Below, piece by piece: positions 1 through 10,832 of a stretch of DNA of 32,000 bases; position 1 is the stretch's first letter, and every line of letters begins with the position of its first letter. The translations under genes were made by a program, and so were the position numbers. Below the pieces are notes generated by a model, which worked only from the letters and a program-made list of their open reading frames with translations, was not told the DNA's origin and ran no database searches. The stretch spans positions 180,001-212,000 of the forward strand of contig NC_021885.1 of the NCBI RefSeq assembly GCF_000441555.1. The letters run 5' to 3'. This DNA comes from Candidatus Profftella armatura. GTDB taxonomy: Bacteria > Pseudomonadota > Gammaproteobacteria > Burkholderiales > Burkholderiaceae.

Positions 1-864
1 TTTTTCAAAAAAATTTTTTAAAGACGCTAAATAACCTATAGGTGCATCTAACCAAACATAAAAATATTTTTCTAATGTATTAGGTATTTTTATACCAAAA
101 TAGGGTGCGTCTCTGCTTATATCCCAATCATTAAATTTATTATCTTTTTCTAACCATTCTTTAATTTTATTGACTATTTCTGGTTGTAATCTTTTATCAT
201 GTATTGCCCATTTACGTAAAAAATCTATACAACGTTTATCGGATAATTTAAAAAAAAAATGTTTTGATGATTTTATAATAGGTTTTGTTCCAGATAATAT
301 TGAATATGGATTAATAAGTTTGGTAGGTGTATAAATTGAGCTACAACATTCACAAAAGTCTCCGTATTGATCTTTTGCATTACATATAGGGCATTCACCT
401 TTAATATATCTATCTGGTAAAAAAATATTTTTTATTGGATCAAAAAACTGATTAATTTTTTTGTTTATAATTAATTTAGCTTTATTATATAAAGTATCAT
501 AAATTTTTTGAACTAAATCAATATTTTCAATGCTATCTGTAGAATACCAATTATCAAATTTAATATAAAATCCATCTAAATATTTTTTTCTATTAGATGA
601 AATATTATTAATAAATTCTTTAGGTGTCATACCAGCTTTTTCAGCGGCAATCATAATTGCCGCGCCATGCGCATCATCAGCGCAAATAAAATATACTTGT
701 CTTGATTTACCGTTATCTTGTTGCATACACTGAAAACGTACCCATATATCAGCCTGAATATATTCCATTATATGTCCAATATGTAATTCACCATTAGCGT
801 AAGGCAAAGCCGTAGTAACAAAAATTCTACGAACATCTTTAAATTCACTATCGTGTTTTTTCAT
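1..864 (-). CDS. metG: Methionyl-tRNA synthetase, N-terminal 288 codons; the 3' part lies beyond the window edge
   Basis: Not in the ORF track because it is open at the window edge. Reverse complement from ATG (862-864) reads [45 protein letters not shown]...[26 protein letters not shown]. It continues in frame at 420 with [40 protein letters not shown]. This gives a class I HIGH motif plus the MetRS zinc-knuckle region. Confidence 0.92.
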   Translation of the reverse strand, partial: MKKHDSEFKDVRRIFVTTALPYANGELHIGHIMEYIQADIWVRFQCMQQDNGKSRQVYFICADDAHGAAIMIAAEKAGMTPKEFINNISSNRKKYLDGFYIKFDNWYSTDSIENIDLVQKIYDTLYNKAKLIINKKINQFFDPIKNIFLPDRYIKGECPICNAKDQYGDFCECCSSIYTPTKLINPYSILSGTKPIIKSSKHFFFKLSDKRCIDFLRKWAIHDKRLQPEIVNKIKEWLEKDNKFNDWDISRDAPYFGIKIPNTLEKYFYVWLDAPIGYLASLKNFFEK

Positions 865-1312
865 AAATTATAAATTATAATATTTTTATAAAATTTAAAT
901 AATAAATTATATGATAAATTATCTTTAATTGTTTAATTTTTAACAATTAGATTTATTGGTAATTTAAATTATTAAATAACTGATTCATTAAGTAATAAAA
1001 AATATATAAAAATTTACTAAAATATTGTATAAATATTAAAGCATTTATTTTTATAATTTTGTTATAAATTTTTATATATTTTTTATAAAATTACATAATA
1101 TATAAAATTATATAATAATGAGATAAATAATGAACTAAAAATATAAGTTGAAATATAAATAAAAATAAAATTTTATTTTTATAAAATTTTTGCAAAATCA
1201 TTCATTAATATTTATTTATTATATTGAACATATTTTTATTAAAAAATTTAATACTTATTAAAATTATTTTTTAAAAAAAATATTTTTATTAATTTTTAAA
1301 AATTACTTTCAT

Positions 1313-2743
1313 ATGACTATTGTTCGTACTCGTTTTGCCCCTAGTCCAACTGGAAATCTGCATATTGGGGGAATAAGAACTGCTTTATTTTCTTGGGCAT
1401 ACGCTCGACATTTTAATGGAATTTTTATATTAAGAATTGAAGATACAGATATCAATCGCTCTACATTAAGTGCAACACAAACAATAATTGATGGTATGAA
1501 ATGGTTAGGGTTAAATTATGATGAAGGACCATTTTATCAAACTAAACGCATAAATCGCTATTTTGAAATTATCAATTATTTATTATCCAATGATTATGCA
1601 TATTATTGTTATTCTTCTGTAGAAGAGATAGAATCATTTCGTAAAAAACAAAGATCTTTTGGAGAAAAACCTCGTTATAATAGAATTTGGAGACCGGAAC
1701 CAGGTAAAATTTTACCATCTATTCCTATTAATCGTAAACCTGTAATACGATTTAAAAATCCTCTATACGGTAATATTACTTGGAATGATCTCATTAAAGG
1801 TAAAATTACTATTTCTAATAAAGAATTAGATGATTTAGTAATTGTTAGAGCAGATGGTATACCAACTTATAATTTTTGTGCTGCAATTGATGATTGGGAT
1901 ATGAAAATCACTCATGTAATTAGAGGAGATGATCATATTAATAATACACCACGTCAAATTAATATATTAAAAGCATTAGGAGTTACATTACCATTTTATG
2001 GTCATTTACCAATGGTTATTGACTCAAATAAAGTGAAAATTTCAAAAAGAAAAGAAGCTACTGATATAATGTATTATAAAAAAAAGGGGTTTTTGCCTGA
2101 AGCGATTTTAAATTATTTAGCTAGATTGGGATGGAGTCATGGAAATGAAGAAATATTTTCAATAAAACAATTTTGCTATTGGTTTAATGATTGTAAATAT
2201 TTATCAAAATCTCCAGCACAATTTAATTTAAAAAAATTGGAATGGTTAAATAATTTTTATATTAAGTCTTATGATGATAAAAAACTTCTTAATCTTATTC
2301 AACCAATTATAAAAAAAAAAAATATAGAATATAATACCTTAAATGTATTAAAAATAATATCTTTATTTAAAAATCGAGTAAACACATTAACAGAATTATC
2401 GGATATAATAATAATATTTTATTCTGCTCCTAAATTACATATTGAATTATTAAAAAAATATATAACAGATATCATAAAATTAGCATTAATGGAATGTGTA
2501 TTACAATTTTCTAATATTATATGGGAAAAACAGATACTAAATATAACTTTAAAAAAGATATTAGAAAAATTTAAATTAAATATGCCGCAACTGGCAATGC
2601 CATTAAGAATTATTCTATTAAATAAATTACAAACACCTTCTATTGATTTAATTTTATCTTTATTTAATCGTAATATAGTATTAGATCGGATTAAAAATGC
2701 TATTAAAAATTTAAACAATACTAATAAAAACTTACATATTTAA
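1313..2743 (+). CDS. gltX: Glutamyl-tRNA synthetase
   Basis: 476-aa ORF. N-terminus VRTRFAPSPTGNLHIGGIRTALFSWAYAR carries the HIGH motif, and VKISKRK is the KMSKS-like motif. Collinear with GluRS. Confidence 0.95.
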   Translation: MTIVRTRFAPSPTGNLHIGGIRTALFSWAYARHFNGIFILRIEDTDINRSTLSATQTIIDGMKWLGLNYDEGPFYQTKRINRYFEIINYLLSNDYAYYCYSSVEEIESFRKKQRSFGEKPRYNRIWRPEPGKILPSIPINRKPVIRFKNPLYGNITWNDLIKGKITISNKELDDLVIVRADGIPTYNFCAAIDDWDMKITHVIRGDDHINNTPRQINILKALGVTLPFYGHLPMVIDSNKVKISKRKEATDIMYYKKKGFLPEAILNYLARLGWSHGNEEIFSIKQFCYWFNDCKYLSKSPAQFNLKKLEWLNNFYIKSYDDKKLLNLIQPIIKKKNIEYNTLNVLKIISLFKNRVNTLTELSDIIIIFYSAPKLHIELLKKYITDIIKLALMECVLQFSNIIWEKQILNITLKKILEKFKLNMPQLAMPLRIILLNKLQTPSIDLILSLFNRNIVLDRIKNAIKNLNNTNKNLHI

Positions 2744-2843
2744 TAAATAAATGTTAAAATATTTTTATATGATTTTTAAAAAAATAATTCTATCAAATTT
2801 TATTTTTTATAAATTATCATGTAAAATATTTTTATAAAATAAT

Positions 2844-2916
2844 GTCCCCATCGTCTAGAGGACCAGGACATCACTCTTTCACGGTGAGTACAGGGGTTCA
2901 AATCCCCTTGGGGACA
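2844..2916 (+). tRNA. tRNA-Glu (anticodon UUC); CCA not encoded
   Basis: GTCCCCATCGTCTAGAGGACCAGGACATCACTCTTTCACGGTGAGTACAGGGGTTCAAATCCCCTTGGGGACA folds as a cloverleaf. Acceptor GTCCCCA/TGGGGAC, anticodon loop CTTTCAC, T-loop GGTTCAAATCC. Very close to the E. coli tRNA-Glu sequence as I recall it. Confidence 0.95.
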
Positions 2917-3010
2917 ATTTAAAATATAAAAATACAAAACTATAAAATATTTTTATTAAAATTAAATATTTATTTAAAAAATTTATTTTTAAAATCTTTG
3001 GAATTTAGGA

Positions 3011-5530
3011 ATGTCATTTTTGACTAAAATTTTTGGTAGTCGTAATCAAAGACTTCTTAAAAAATATCAAAAAATAGTGCAAAAAATTAATGAATTAGAA
3101 TCAGTAATGCAGAAGCTTTCTGATGAGGAATTACAAAATCAAACATCAAAACTAAAACAATCTATACATTCTGGAGAAACATTAGACTCTATTCTTCCGA
3201 AAGCATTTTCAGTATGTAGAGAAGCTAGTAAACGTATTTTAAAGATGCGTCATTTTGATGTACAACTAATTGGTGGAATTGCATTACATTATGGAAATAT
3301 ATCTGAAATGCAAACGGGTGAAGGTAAAACATTAGTAGCAACTTTAGCTGCTTATTTGAATTCCTTGTCTGGTCAAGGTGTACACATAGTTACAATTAGC
3401 GATTATCTAGCTAAAAGAGATGCGGAATGGATGAGTGTTTTATATAATTGGTTAGGATTAAGTATTGGTGTTAATTCATCAGAAATATCACATAGCTTAA
3501 AAAAAAAATCTTATGAAGCAGATATTACATATGGAACAAACAATGAATTTGGATTTGACTATTTACGCGATAATATGGTATTTAATTCAAATGATCGCGT
3601 ACAAAGAAAATTAAATTTCGTTATTTTAGATGAAATAGATTCAATTTTAATTGATGAGGCTAGGACTCCTTTAATTATTTCTGGAGAAATTAAAAACAAT
3701 GCCCAATATTTTTACAAAATAATAAATCCTATTCCAAAATTATTAGTACCAGAAATTGATACAAAAAATATCAAAAAAAATATCAAATATACTAAGAAAA
3801 ATACTGGTGATTATATTATAGATTATGAAACAAATCAAGTTTTTTTAACTGAAAATGGTTATGAAAAATATGAAAATATTTTAATTAAAATGGGTTTGTT
3901 AAATAAAAATAAATCATTATATGATTCTAAAAATTCTTTTCTTATTTATCATATATATGCAGCATTGCGTGCGCATGTTTTATATCATAAAAATAAGCAC
4001 TATATAATAAAAAATAATAAAATTATAATTGTTGATGAATTTACTGGCAGATTAATGAAGACACGCCGTTGGGCAGAAGGTTTACATCAAGCTCTTGAGG
4101 CTAAAGAAAATCTTGAAATTCAAAACGAAACTCAAACACTAGCTTCAATTACATTTCAAAATTATTTTCGTATGTATAAAAAAATATCTGGCATGACAGG
4201 AACTGCTGAAACAGAGGCATATGAATTTCAAGAAATTTATAAATTAGAGACAATTACTGTTCCACCCAATAAAATTAATAAAAGAAAGGATTTACAAGAT
4301 AAAATATATAAAACTATGGAAGAAAAATATCAAGCTATATTGATGGATATAAAAAATTGCTATATCAAAGAACAACCAGTATTAGTAGGAACAACATCAA
4401 TAGAAAATTCTGAATTACTTTCAAATATATTAAAAAAAAATAATTTACCTCATAGCGTTTTAAACGCAAAACAACATAAACTTGAAGCGCAGATCATTGC
4501 ACAAGCAGGTCATCCTAAAATGATTACTATTGCCACTAATATGGCAGGAAGAGGAACTGATATCATATTAGGTGGAAATATAGATAGTTATATTAAAGAT
4601 ATTAAAAAAAATATTTCTTCTGAGGTTAAAAAAAAAAATAAAATTAAAAAATTAAAAAATGAATGGATGTTATTACATGATAAGGTAATTTCTTCTGGAG
4701 GACTTCATATTATTGGTACAGAACGTCATGAATCACGAAGAATAGATAATCAACTACGAGGACGATCCGGAAGACAAGGAGACCCTGGATCATCTAGATT
4801 TTATCTTTCTTTGGATGATTCTTTATTGAAATTTTTTTCTAGTGATCAAATAAAAATTGTTATGGAAAAATTAAAGATTCCAAAAGGAAAATCTATTGAA
4901 TCTAATTTAGCATCATATTCAATTGAATCTGCGCAACGAAAAATAGAATTACGAAATTTTGATATTCGAAAACAATTATTAGAATATGACGATATTTATA
5001 ACAATCAACGTAAAATTATTTGTCAAGAAAGAAATAAATTGCTTGAATCAAAAAATATATCAGAAATAATAAAAATATTACGTTATGATGTCCTAATAAG
5101 ATTATTTTCTAAGTATATTTCATTGAAAAAATCAGATAAAGAATGGGATATTATTGGTTTAGAATTAATACTTAAAAAGGAATTTAAATTAGATATCTCA
5201 TTTAAAATTTTTTTTAAAAAAAAATATACAATAAAAGATTTTTTTATAAAAATTTTATATACTTTTGATAAAAAATATGAAAATAAAATTAAAATTTTAA
5301 ATAATAAAAAATTTTTAAATTTTGAGCGTAATATTATTTTGCAATCTATTGATAAGTATTGGATAGAACATTTATTATCTTTAGATCAATTACGTCAAGG
5401 AATTAATTTAAGAAGTTATGCTCAAAAGGATCCGAAAAGAGAATATAAAAGAGAAGCTTTTAAGTTATTTCATAAAATGCTTAATTTAATTAAGTATGAA
5501 GCAATTAAAAAAATAATGACTATTTTATAA
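3011..5530 (+). CDS. secA: Preprotein translocase ATPase SecA, short form lacking the C-terminal zinc-binding tail
   Basis: 839-aa ORF. Contains LIGGIALHYGNISEMQTGEGKTLVATL (Walker A), LDEIDSILIDEARTPLIISG (DEAD-like), TNMAGRGTDIILGG and RIDNQLRGRSGRQGDPGSSRFYLSLDD. AGGA lies directly upstream of the ATG. Confidence 0.97.
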   Translation: MSFLTKIFGSRNQRLLKKYQKIVQKINELESVMQKLSDEELQNQTSKLKQSIHSGETLDSILPKAFSVCREASKRILKMRHFDVQLIGGIALHYGNISEMQTGEGKTLVATLAAYLNSLSGQGVHIVTISDYLAKRDAEWMSVLYNWLGLSIGVNSSEISHSLKKKSYEADITYGTNNEFGFDYLRDNMVFNSNDRVQRKLNFVILDEIDSILIDEARTPLIISGEIKNNAQYFYKIINPIPKLLVPEIDTKNIKKNIKYTKKNTGDYIIDYETNQVFLTENGYEKYENILIKMGLLNKNKSLYDSKNSFLIYHIYAALRAHVLYHKNKHYIIKNNKIIIVDEFTGRLMKTRRWAEGLHQALEAKENLEIQNETQTLASITFQNYFRMYKKISGMTGTAETEAYEFQEIYKLETITVPPNKINKRKDLQDKIYKTMEEKYQAILMDIKNCYIKEQPVLVGTTSIENSELLSNILKKNNLPHSVLNAKQHKLEAQIIAQAGHPKMITIATNMAGRGTDIILGGNIDSYIKDIKKNISSEVKKKNKIKKLKNEWMLLHDKVISSGGLHIIGTERHESRRIDNQLRGRSGRQGDPGSSRFYLSLDDSLLKFFSSDQIKIVMEKLKIPKGKSIESNLASYSIESAQRKIELRNFDIRKQLLEYDDIYNNQRKIICQERNKLLESKNISEIIKILRYDVLIRLFSKYISLKKSDKEWDIIGLELILKKEFKLDISFKIFFKKKYTIKDFFIKILYTFDKKYENKIKILNNKKFLNFERNIILQSIDKYWIEHLLSLDQLRQGINLRSYAQKDPKREYKREAFKLFHKMLNLIKYEAIKKIMTIL

Positions 5531-5601
5531 TAAGAATAAATTATAGTTATTTTTAATACTTAATCATAAAAATAATTTTGTAATTTAAATTAAACTTAAA
5601 C

Positions 5602-6705
5602 ATGTTCAAAAAAAAAGTTGTTGTGGGTATGTCTGGTGGAGTTGATTCTTCTGTTTCTTCTTGGTTATTAAAAGAACAAGGATACAAAGTTATTGGTTTA
5701 TTTATGAAGAATTGGGAAGATAATGATTCAATAAATTGTACTTCACGTCAAGATTGGATTGATGCAGTTAGTGCCGCAGATATAATTGGAATAGATATTG
5801 AAATAGTTAATTTTTCATCAGAATATAAAAAACGTGTTTTTTCTAATTTTTTATATGAATATAAATCCGGTAGAACCCCAAATCCAGATATATTTTGTAA
5901 CTCAGAAATAAAATTTAAAGTTTTCTTAGATTATGCAATACGTTATTTAGATGCTGATTTAATTGCAACTGGGCACTACGCTCAAATAAAAAAAAATAAT
6001 AATGGTCAATTTCAATTATTAAAAGCATTTGATCTTAGCAAAGATCAAAGTTATTTTTTGTATCGTTTAAATCAAAATCAATTAGCACATACTTTATTTC
6101 CATTAGGAAAAATTAAAAAAAGTCATGTAAGAAAAATAGCTATAAATTTAAAATTATCTAATGCAATGAAAAAAGATTCTTTTGGAATTTGTTTTATTGG
6201 TGAAAAATTTTTTAGAAATTGGTTAAGTAGATATATAAATTATCAACCAGGCCCAATTAAAACAATAGATGGAAAAATTATTGGAAAACACATTGGATTA
6301 TGTTTTTATACTATAGGACAAAGAAAAGGGATTGGATTAGGAGGCATTAAATCTTATCAAAATAATTTTGGAATAAGTAAACCTTGGTATGTTGTACATA
6401 AAGATATTATTAATAATACTTTGTATGTACTACAAGATCGTAATCATCCTTATTTATTTAGCTCTATTTTATTAGCGGAAAAAATTACTTGGATATCTAA
6501 AGAGCCTCAAAATAATTTTCCATTAAATGCTAAAATTCGATATAACCATAAAGATACTAATTGTTTGTTATATAAAAATTTTAAAAAAAATAGTTTTATT
6601 TTAAAATTTAATATACCTCAATGGGCAATTACTCCTGGTCAATCTGTTGTGTTATATGATAACAATATTTGTATTGGAGGAGGAATTATTAAAAAATCTT
6701 GTTAA
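5602..6705 (+). CDS. mnmA: tRNA-specific 2-thiouridylase (tRNA 5-methylaminomethyl-2-thiouridine synthesis)
   Basis: 367-aa ORF. N-terminal PP-loop [34 protein letters not shown], then [16 protein letters not shown] and ATGHYA. Collinear with MnmA/TrmU. Confidence 0.95.
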   Translation: MFKKKVVVGMSGGVDSSVSSWLLKEQGYKVIGLFMKNWEDNDSINCTSRQDWIDAVSAADIIGIDIEIVNFSSEYKKRVFSNFLYEYKSGRTPNPDIFCNSEIKFKVFLDYAIRYLDADLIATGHYAQIKKNNNGQFQLLKAFDLSKDQSYFLYRLNQNQLAHTLFPLGKIKKSHVRKIAINLKLSNAMKKDSFGICFIGEKFFRNWLSRYINYQPGPIKTIDGKIIGKHIGLCFYTIGQRKGIGLGGIKSYQNNFGISKPWYVVHKDIINNTLYVLQDRNHPYLFSSILLAEKITWISKEPQNNFPLNAKIRYNHKDTNCLLYKNFKKNSFILKFNIPQWAITPGQSVVLYDNNICIGGGIIKKSC

Positions 6706-7269
6706 AAAAATTGTGATATGCATAAAAATTTTTATTATTTTTTAATAATTGTTTTTCGGTAAAATAAGTGATATAAATAAGTTATTATTCTTTATATTAT
6801 ATATAAAGTATGTGTATATAATAAAGAGATATATTAAATAATAATTTAAATTTATATACTTAAAATAATAATATTATTATAAATAACAGTATATATTGTT
6901 CAATATTAAAAGAAATACATGATATTAACTTTTGCTAAATTAGAAATTATATACTGTAACAGACATGCATATTAAAAAAATAAAAAGTAAATAATTTATT
7001 ATAAATTTTAATAAGTTTATATTTGAATATATAATTTTATTTTTATAAAAGTTATTATAAATTAATATTGATTAAATTATTTAAATACCTATTTTAGGTA
7101 CTTAAATTAAAAATAATAGTTATATATTGAAAAATATAATTTCTATAAGATTTTTAAGAAAAAATATATTTCTCAAATAAATTAAGTAGATTTTTATTTT
7201 TTTAAAAAAAAATTTTATTTACTATTATTTTATTTTTATAATTAACAAATATTATTAAAAAGTATTTAG

Positions 7270-7311
7270 TTATGGATTAACTGGATCTATATCCTCCAAT
7301 TAAATCCATAA
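7270..7311 (-). terminator. Imperfect stem-loop about 114 nt downstream of the permease stop; possible terminator or small structured element
   Basis: TTATGGATTAACTGG (7270-7284) pairs with CCAATTAAATCCATAA (7296-7311). The stem is 9 bp, one bulge, 2 bp, one mismatch, then 3 bp, with an 11-nt loop. On the minus strand it is followed by a TTTTT run. It is the only relatively G+C-containing island in a 719-bp A/T desert. Confidence 0.3.
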
Positions 7312-7424
7312 TTTGCTAAAATTTTAATATAAAATATATTTTATTTACTGTTTTAATAAAATTATTATAAAAATATTTTTCACAAATCCCAATAATTAAT
7401 ACAATATTTTTAATATTATAAATT

Positions 7425-8333
7425 TTAAAGACAATTATTAAGTATATTTCGTAACCTATATGTAATTAAATTAATAGAAGTTATTATTGTCAGTAATACA
7501 ATACCAGGATAAAAACTCATCCAATAATAACCGGATAAAAAATATTGAAAACTATTAGCTGTTAATAAACCTAATGATGGTTTAGTAATTTCAACTCCTA
7601 AACCAAGAAATGATAAAATAGCTTCCAAAGAAATAGCTGAAAAAAATTGTAAAGTAGCAATAATTATCAATGGAGAAATACAATTAGGTAAAATATGAAA
7701 ACATATTATTCGTAATACTGATAAATTAAGAGATTTTGCTTTTTCTATGTATTCTTTCTTTTTTTTAGTTAAAATAGTATTAATACTACGTGCATAATAA
7801 GTCCATTGAGTTATTACTAAAGCAATAATTAATTTATCTATACCTCCACCAAATAAAGAAAGTAAAATTAATGCAATTAAAATAGCTGGAAATGCTAATT
7901 GTATATTCGTTATACGCATAAGAATTATCTTAACCCAACCTTCTAAATAACCAGATATTAATCCTAAAATTAATCCAATAGTTAATGCAATACAAGTACT
8001 ACTTAAGCTAATCATTAAAGAAATACGAATACCAAATAAAATTAAAGATAAAATATCTCGACCTTGATAATCTGTGCCTAATAAATAAATTATATTACCA
8101 TTAAATGAAATTTTTCCAGGTCTTGAGAACGAATCTATAATTTCTAAATTTTTAATATCATATGGGTTTTGTGGTGAAAAAATTGGTGCTAATAACGCCA
8201 TAAATATAATAAAAGTTAAAATAATACAACTAACTATGGCTATTTTACTCTTAAAAAAAATATTAATAAAATATTGTAACGACACATTTAAATCAGAAAC
8301 ATTATCAACAGCAGAAGTAATTTTATTAGTCAT
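7425..8333 (-). CDS. ABC transporter inner-membrane permease, Dpp/Opp (DppC/OppC-like) family; orphan in this window
   Basis: 302-aa ORF with multiple hydrophobic spans. Signatures: LLGTDYQGRDILSLILFGIRISL, GLISGYLEGWVKIILMRITNIQLAFPAILIALIL, and the EAA-loop region EYIEKAKSLNLSVLRIICFHILPNCISPLI...EAILSFLGLG. No partner permease, ATPase or binding-protein genes are adjacent. Confidence 0.8.
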   Translation of the reverse strand: MTNKITSAVDNVSDLNVSLQYFINIFFKSKIAIVSCIILTFIIFMALLAPIFSPQNPYDIKNLEIIDSFSRPGKISFNGNIIYLLGTDYQGRDILSLILFGIRISLMISLSSTCIALTIGLILGLISGYLEGWVKIILMRITNIQLAFPAILIALILLSLFGGGIDKLIIALVITQWTYYARSINTILTKKKKEYIEKAKSLNLSVLRIICFHILPNCISPLIIIATLQFFSAISLEAILSFLGLGVEITKPSLGLLTANSFQYFLSGYYWMSFYPGIVLLTIITSINLITYRLRNILNNCL

Positions 8334-8650
8334 GACTTTTTAGTAAGCGGACAAAGGATCAATAATACAATAAATTTAATATAAATTATACAATCTAATA
8401 AATTTATTATAACAAATATTAATGAAATAAACATTAAAAATGAAATAATTATTAGAATTAATTAATATTTCATATCAATAAAATTGAAATTATTATATAT
8501 AATAATAAAAAATATAAAAATATAATATTTTATTAAAAATATATTAATTAAACATTACAATTTTGTATTTAATTATTTAATTTGATAATCAAATTTTTTA
8601 TATTTTTATTAATAATAATAAATATACTATAAAAAATAGTAATGATTTAA

Positions 8651-8676
8651 TAAGGCGCTGCTTATTAAGCGCCTTA
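8651..8676 (-). terminator. GC-rich perfect hairpin just downstream of htpG; probable transcription terminator
   Basis: TAAGGCGCT (8651-8659) and AGCGCCTTA (8668-8676) form a perfect 9-bp stem with an 8-nt loop, starting 29 nt after the htpG stop. The flanks are T-rich, but there is no immediately adjacent classical U-tract. Confidence 0.45.
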
Positions 8677-8704
8677 TATTAATAGTATATTATAGATAAC
8701 GTAA

Positions 8705-10633
8705 TTATTTTATTAATAACATTTCATTAAGTCTTTTTACAAAATTCATTGGATCATTTAAAACACCATTTTCAGCTAATAAAGCTTGATCAAATAAAAT
8801 ATGAGACCAATTATGAATATTATCATTATTTAATTGAATACGTTGTATTAAAGCATGGTTAGGATTAATTTCTAAAATTGGTTTTGAATTAGGAGTTTCT
8901 TGACCAGCGGCTTTTAACATACGAATCATATTTCCAGAAGGTTCATTTTCATCTACAACTAAACATGCTGGAGAGTCAGTTAAACGATATGTAACGCGTA
9001 CATCTTTAGCTTTTTCAGATAATATTTTTTTCATTTCTTCAATAAGATTTTGAAACTTAGTTTCGGTTTCTTTTTGTTGTTTTTTATCTGATTCATTTTC
9101 TAAATTTCCAAGATCAAGATTGCCTTTTGCAATTGATACTAATTCTTTATTTTCAAATTTTGGTATAAATGATAACATCCATTCATCAACACGATCTGTT
9201 AGTAATAATACTTCAATAGATTTTTTTTGAAATATTTCTAAATGTGGACTATTTTTTACAGATTTATAATTTTCTCCTGTAATATAATATATTTTATTTT
9301 GTCCTTCTTTCATTCGTTTTATATAATCCATCAAAGAAACATTTTGAATATCACTATCATTATTTGTTGATGCAAATCTCAAAAGTTTAGATATTCGTTC
9401 TTTATTATTATTATCTTCTCCAATACCTTCTTTAATTACTTGCCCAAATTCTTTCCAAAAATTGGCATATTTTATTATTTTTTCTTTATCATTACTAGTT
9501 GATAAATCTTCTAAAATATTTAATATACGTTTAGTAGAACCTTCTCGAATAACTTTAACATCACGTGATTCTTGCAAAATTTCTCGTGATACATTTAATG
9601 GTAAATTATTAGAATCTATTACACCTTTTACAAAACGCAAATAAGTTGGTAATAATTGCTCGGCATCGTCCATAATAAATACACGTTTAACATATAATTT
9701 AATACCATTACGTTTATTTCTATCCCATAAATCATACGGAGCTCGACTTGGAATATATAATAATTGTATATATTCATTACGACCTTCAACATGATTATGG
9801 GTATAAATTAAAGGTTTCTCAAAATCATGTGATATATGTTTATAAAATTCTATGTATTGTTCATCTGTAATTTCAGATTTTCCTCTAGCCCATAAAGCAC
9901 TAGCTTGATTAATCACCTCAAATTCATTATTACTAATAACAGTTTCTTTTTTTTCTTCATCCCAAGTTTCTTTATACATTTTTATTGGAAATGAAATATG
10001 ATCTGAATATTTTCTAATAATTGATTTTAATTTCCATGAAGATAAATATTCTTCTTCTTTTGATCGTAAATAAAGAGTAATATCAGTTCCTCTGTTTGTT
10101 TTGTTTATAGTTTCTATGGTAAAATTTCCAGAGCCCTCAGATTCCCAAAGTACCCCTTCTGTAATAGGACTATTAACATGACGGCTTTTTACTATAATTT
10201 TTTTAGCAACAATAAAAGCTGAATAAAATCCTACTCCGAATTGACCAATTAAAGAAGCATCTTTTTTTTGATCGCCAGATAATTTTGAAAAAAACTCTTG
10301 TGTACCTGATTTTGCAATAGTTCCCAGATTAGTAATTATATCATTACGATTCATTCCAATTCCGTTATCGGAAATATTAATGGTTCTATTATCTTTATCA
10401 AAAGTAATAATAATTTCTAAATCAGAATTATCAGTTGATATAAACTTATTATTAATTAACTCAAAACGAAGTTTATCTAGCGCATCTGACGCATTAGAAA
10501 TTAATTCTCGTAAAAAAATTTCTTTATTAGAGTATAGGGAATGAATCATTAATTGAAGTAATTGTTTTACTTCCGCTTGAAATCCCAAGGTTTGTTTTTT
10601 TTTTATAATTGACTCTGGTTCAGAATTTTTCAT
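8705..10633 (-). CDS. htpG: Molecular chaperone HtpG (Hsp90 family)
   Basis: 642-aa ORF. Contains [53 protein letters not shown] and [10 protein letters not shown]. Full-length collinearity with bacterial Hsp90. Confidence 0.97.
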   Translation of the reverse strand: MKNSEPESIIKKKQTLGFQAEVKQLLQLMIHSLYSNKEIFLRELISNASDALDKLRFELINNKFISTDNSDLEIIITFDKDNRTINISDNGIGMNRNDIITNLGTIAKSGTQEFFSKLSGDQKKDASLIGQFGVGFYSAFIVAKKIIVKSRHVNSPITEGVLWESEGSGNFTIETINKTNRGTDITLYLRSKEEEYLSSWKLKSIIRKYSDHISFPIKMYKETWDEEKKETVISNNEFEVINQASALWARGKSEITDEQYIEFYKHISHDFEKPLIYTHNHVEGRNEYIQLLYIPSRAPYDLWDRNKRNGIKLYVKRVFIMDDAEQLLPTYLRFVKGVIDSNNLPLNVSREILQESRDVKVIREGSTKRILNILEDLSTSNDKEKIIKYANFWKEFGQVIKEGIGEDNNNKERISKLLRFASTNNDSDIQNVSLMDYIKRMKEGQNKIYYITGENYKSVKNSPHLEIFQKKSIEVLLLTDRVDEWMLSFIPKFENKELVSIAKGNLDLGNLENESDKKQQKETETKFQNLIEEMKKILSEKAKDVRVTYRLTDSPACLVVDENEPSGNMIRMLKAAGQETPNSKPILEINPNHALIQRIQLNNDNIHNWSHILFDQALLAENGVLNDPMNFVKRLNEMLLIK

Positions 10634-10832
10634 TTTTTATTCCCGAAAAAATAAAATTTATTGTTTATTAAATTTTTAAAACTATTTTTAAAATATATAT
10701 TATTTTTTAAAAAAAATAAATTTAATTCTATTTATAAAAAAAAAATTATTTAAAGATATTAAATCTTATCAAAATTTTTATCATACTTTTCAAAAATATT
10801 TATTAATGATAAAATTAATAAAACTTTTTTAA

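Noticed and set aside
865-1312. A/T-only palindromes and hairpins in the metG-gltX divergent spacer (for example AATTGTT-N8-AACAATT near 939-960), considered as operator sites.
   Set aside because: They are short and composed solely of A/T pairs, so they are expected by chance at this base composition. No supporting conservation or spacing logic is visible.
10634-10832. A heat-shock (sigma-32) promoter upstream of htpG. A TTGAAA hexamer is present on the minus strand.
   Set aside because: No CCCCAT-like -10 element lies at the proper spacing, and TTGAAA-like hexamers are frequent by chance in this composition. I cannot support it from sequence alone.
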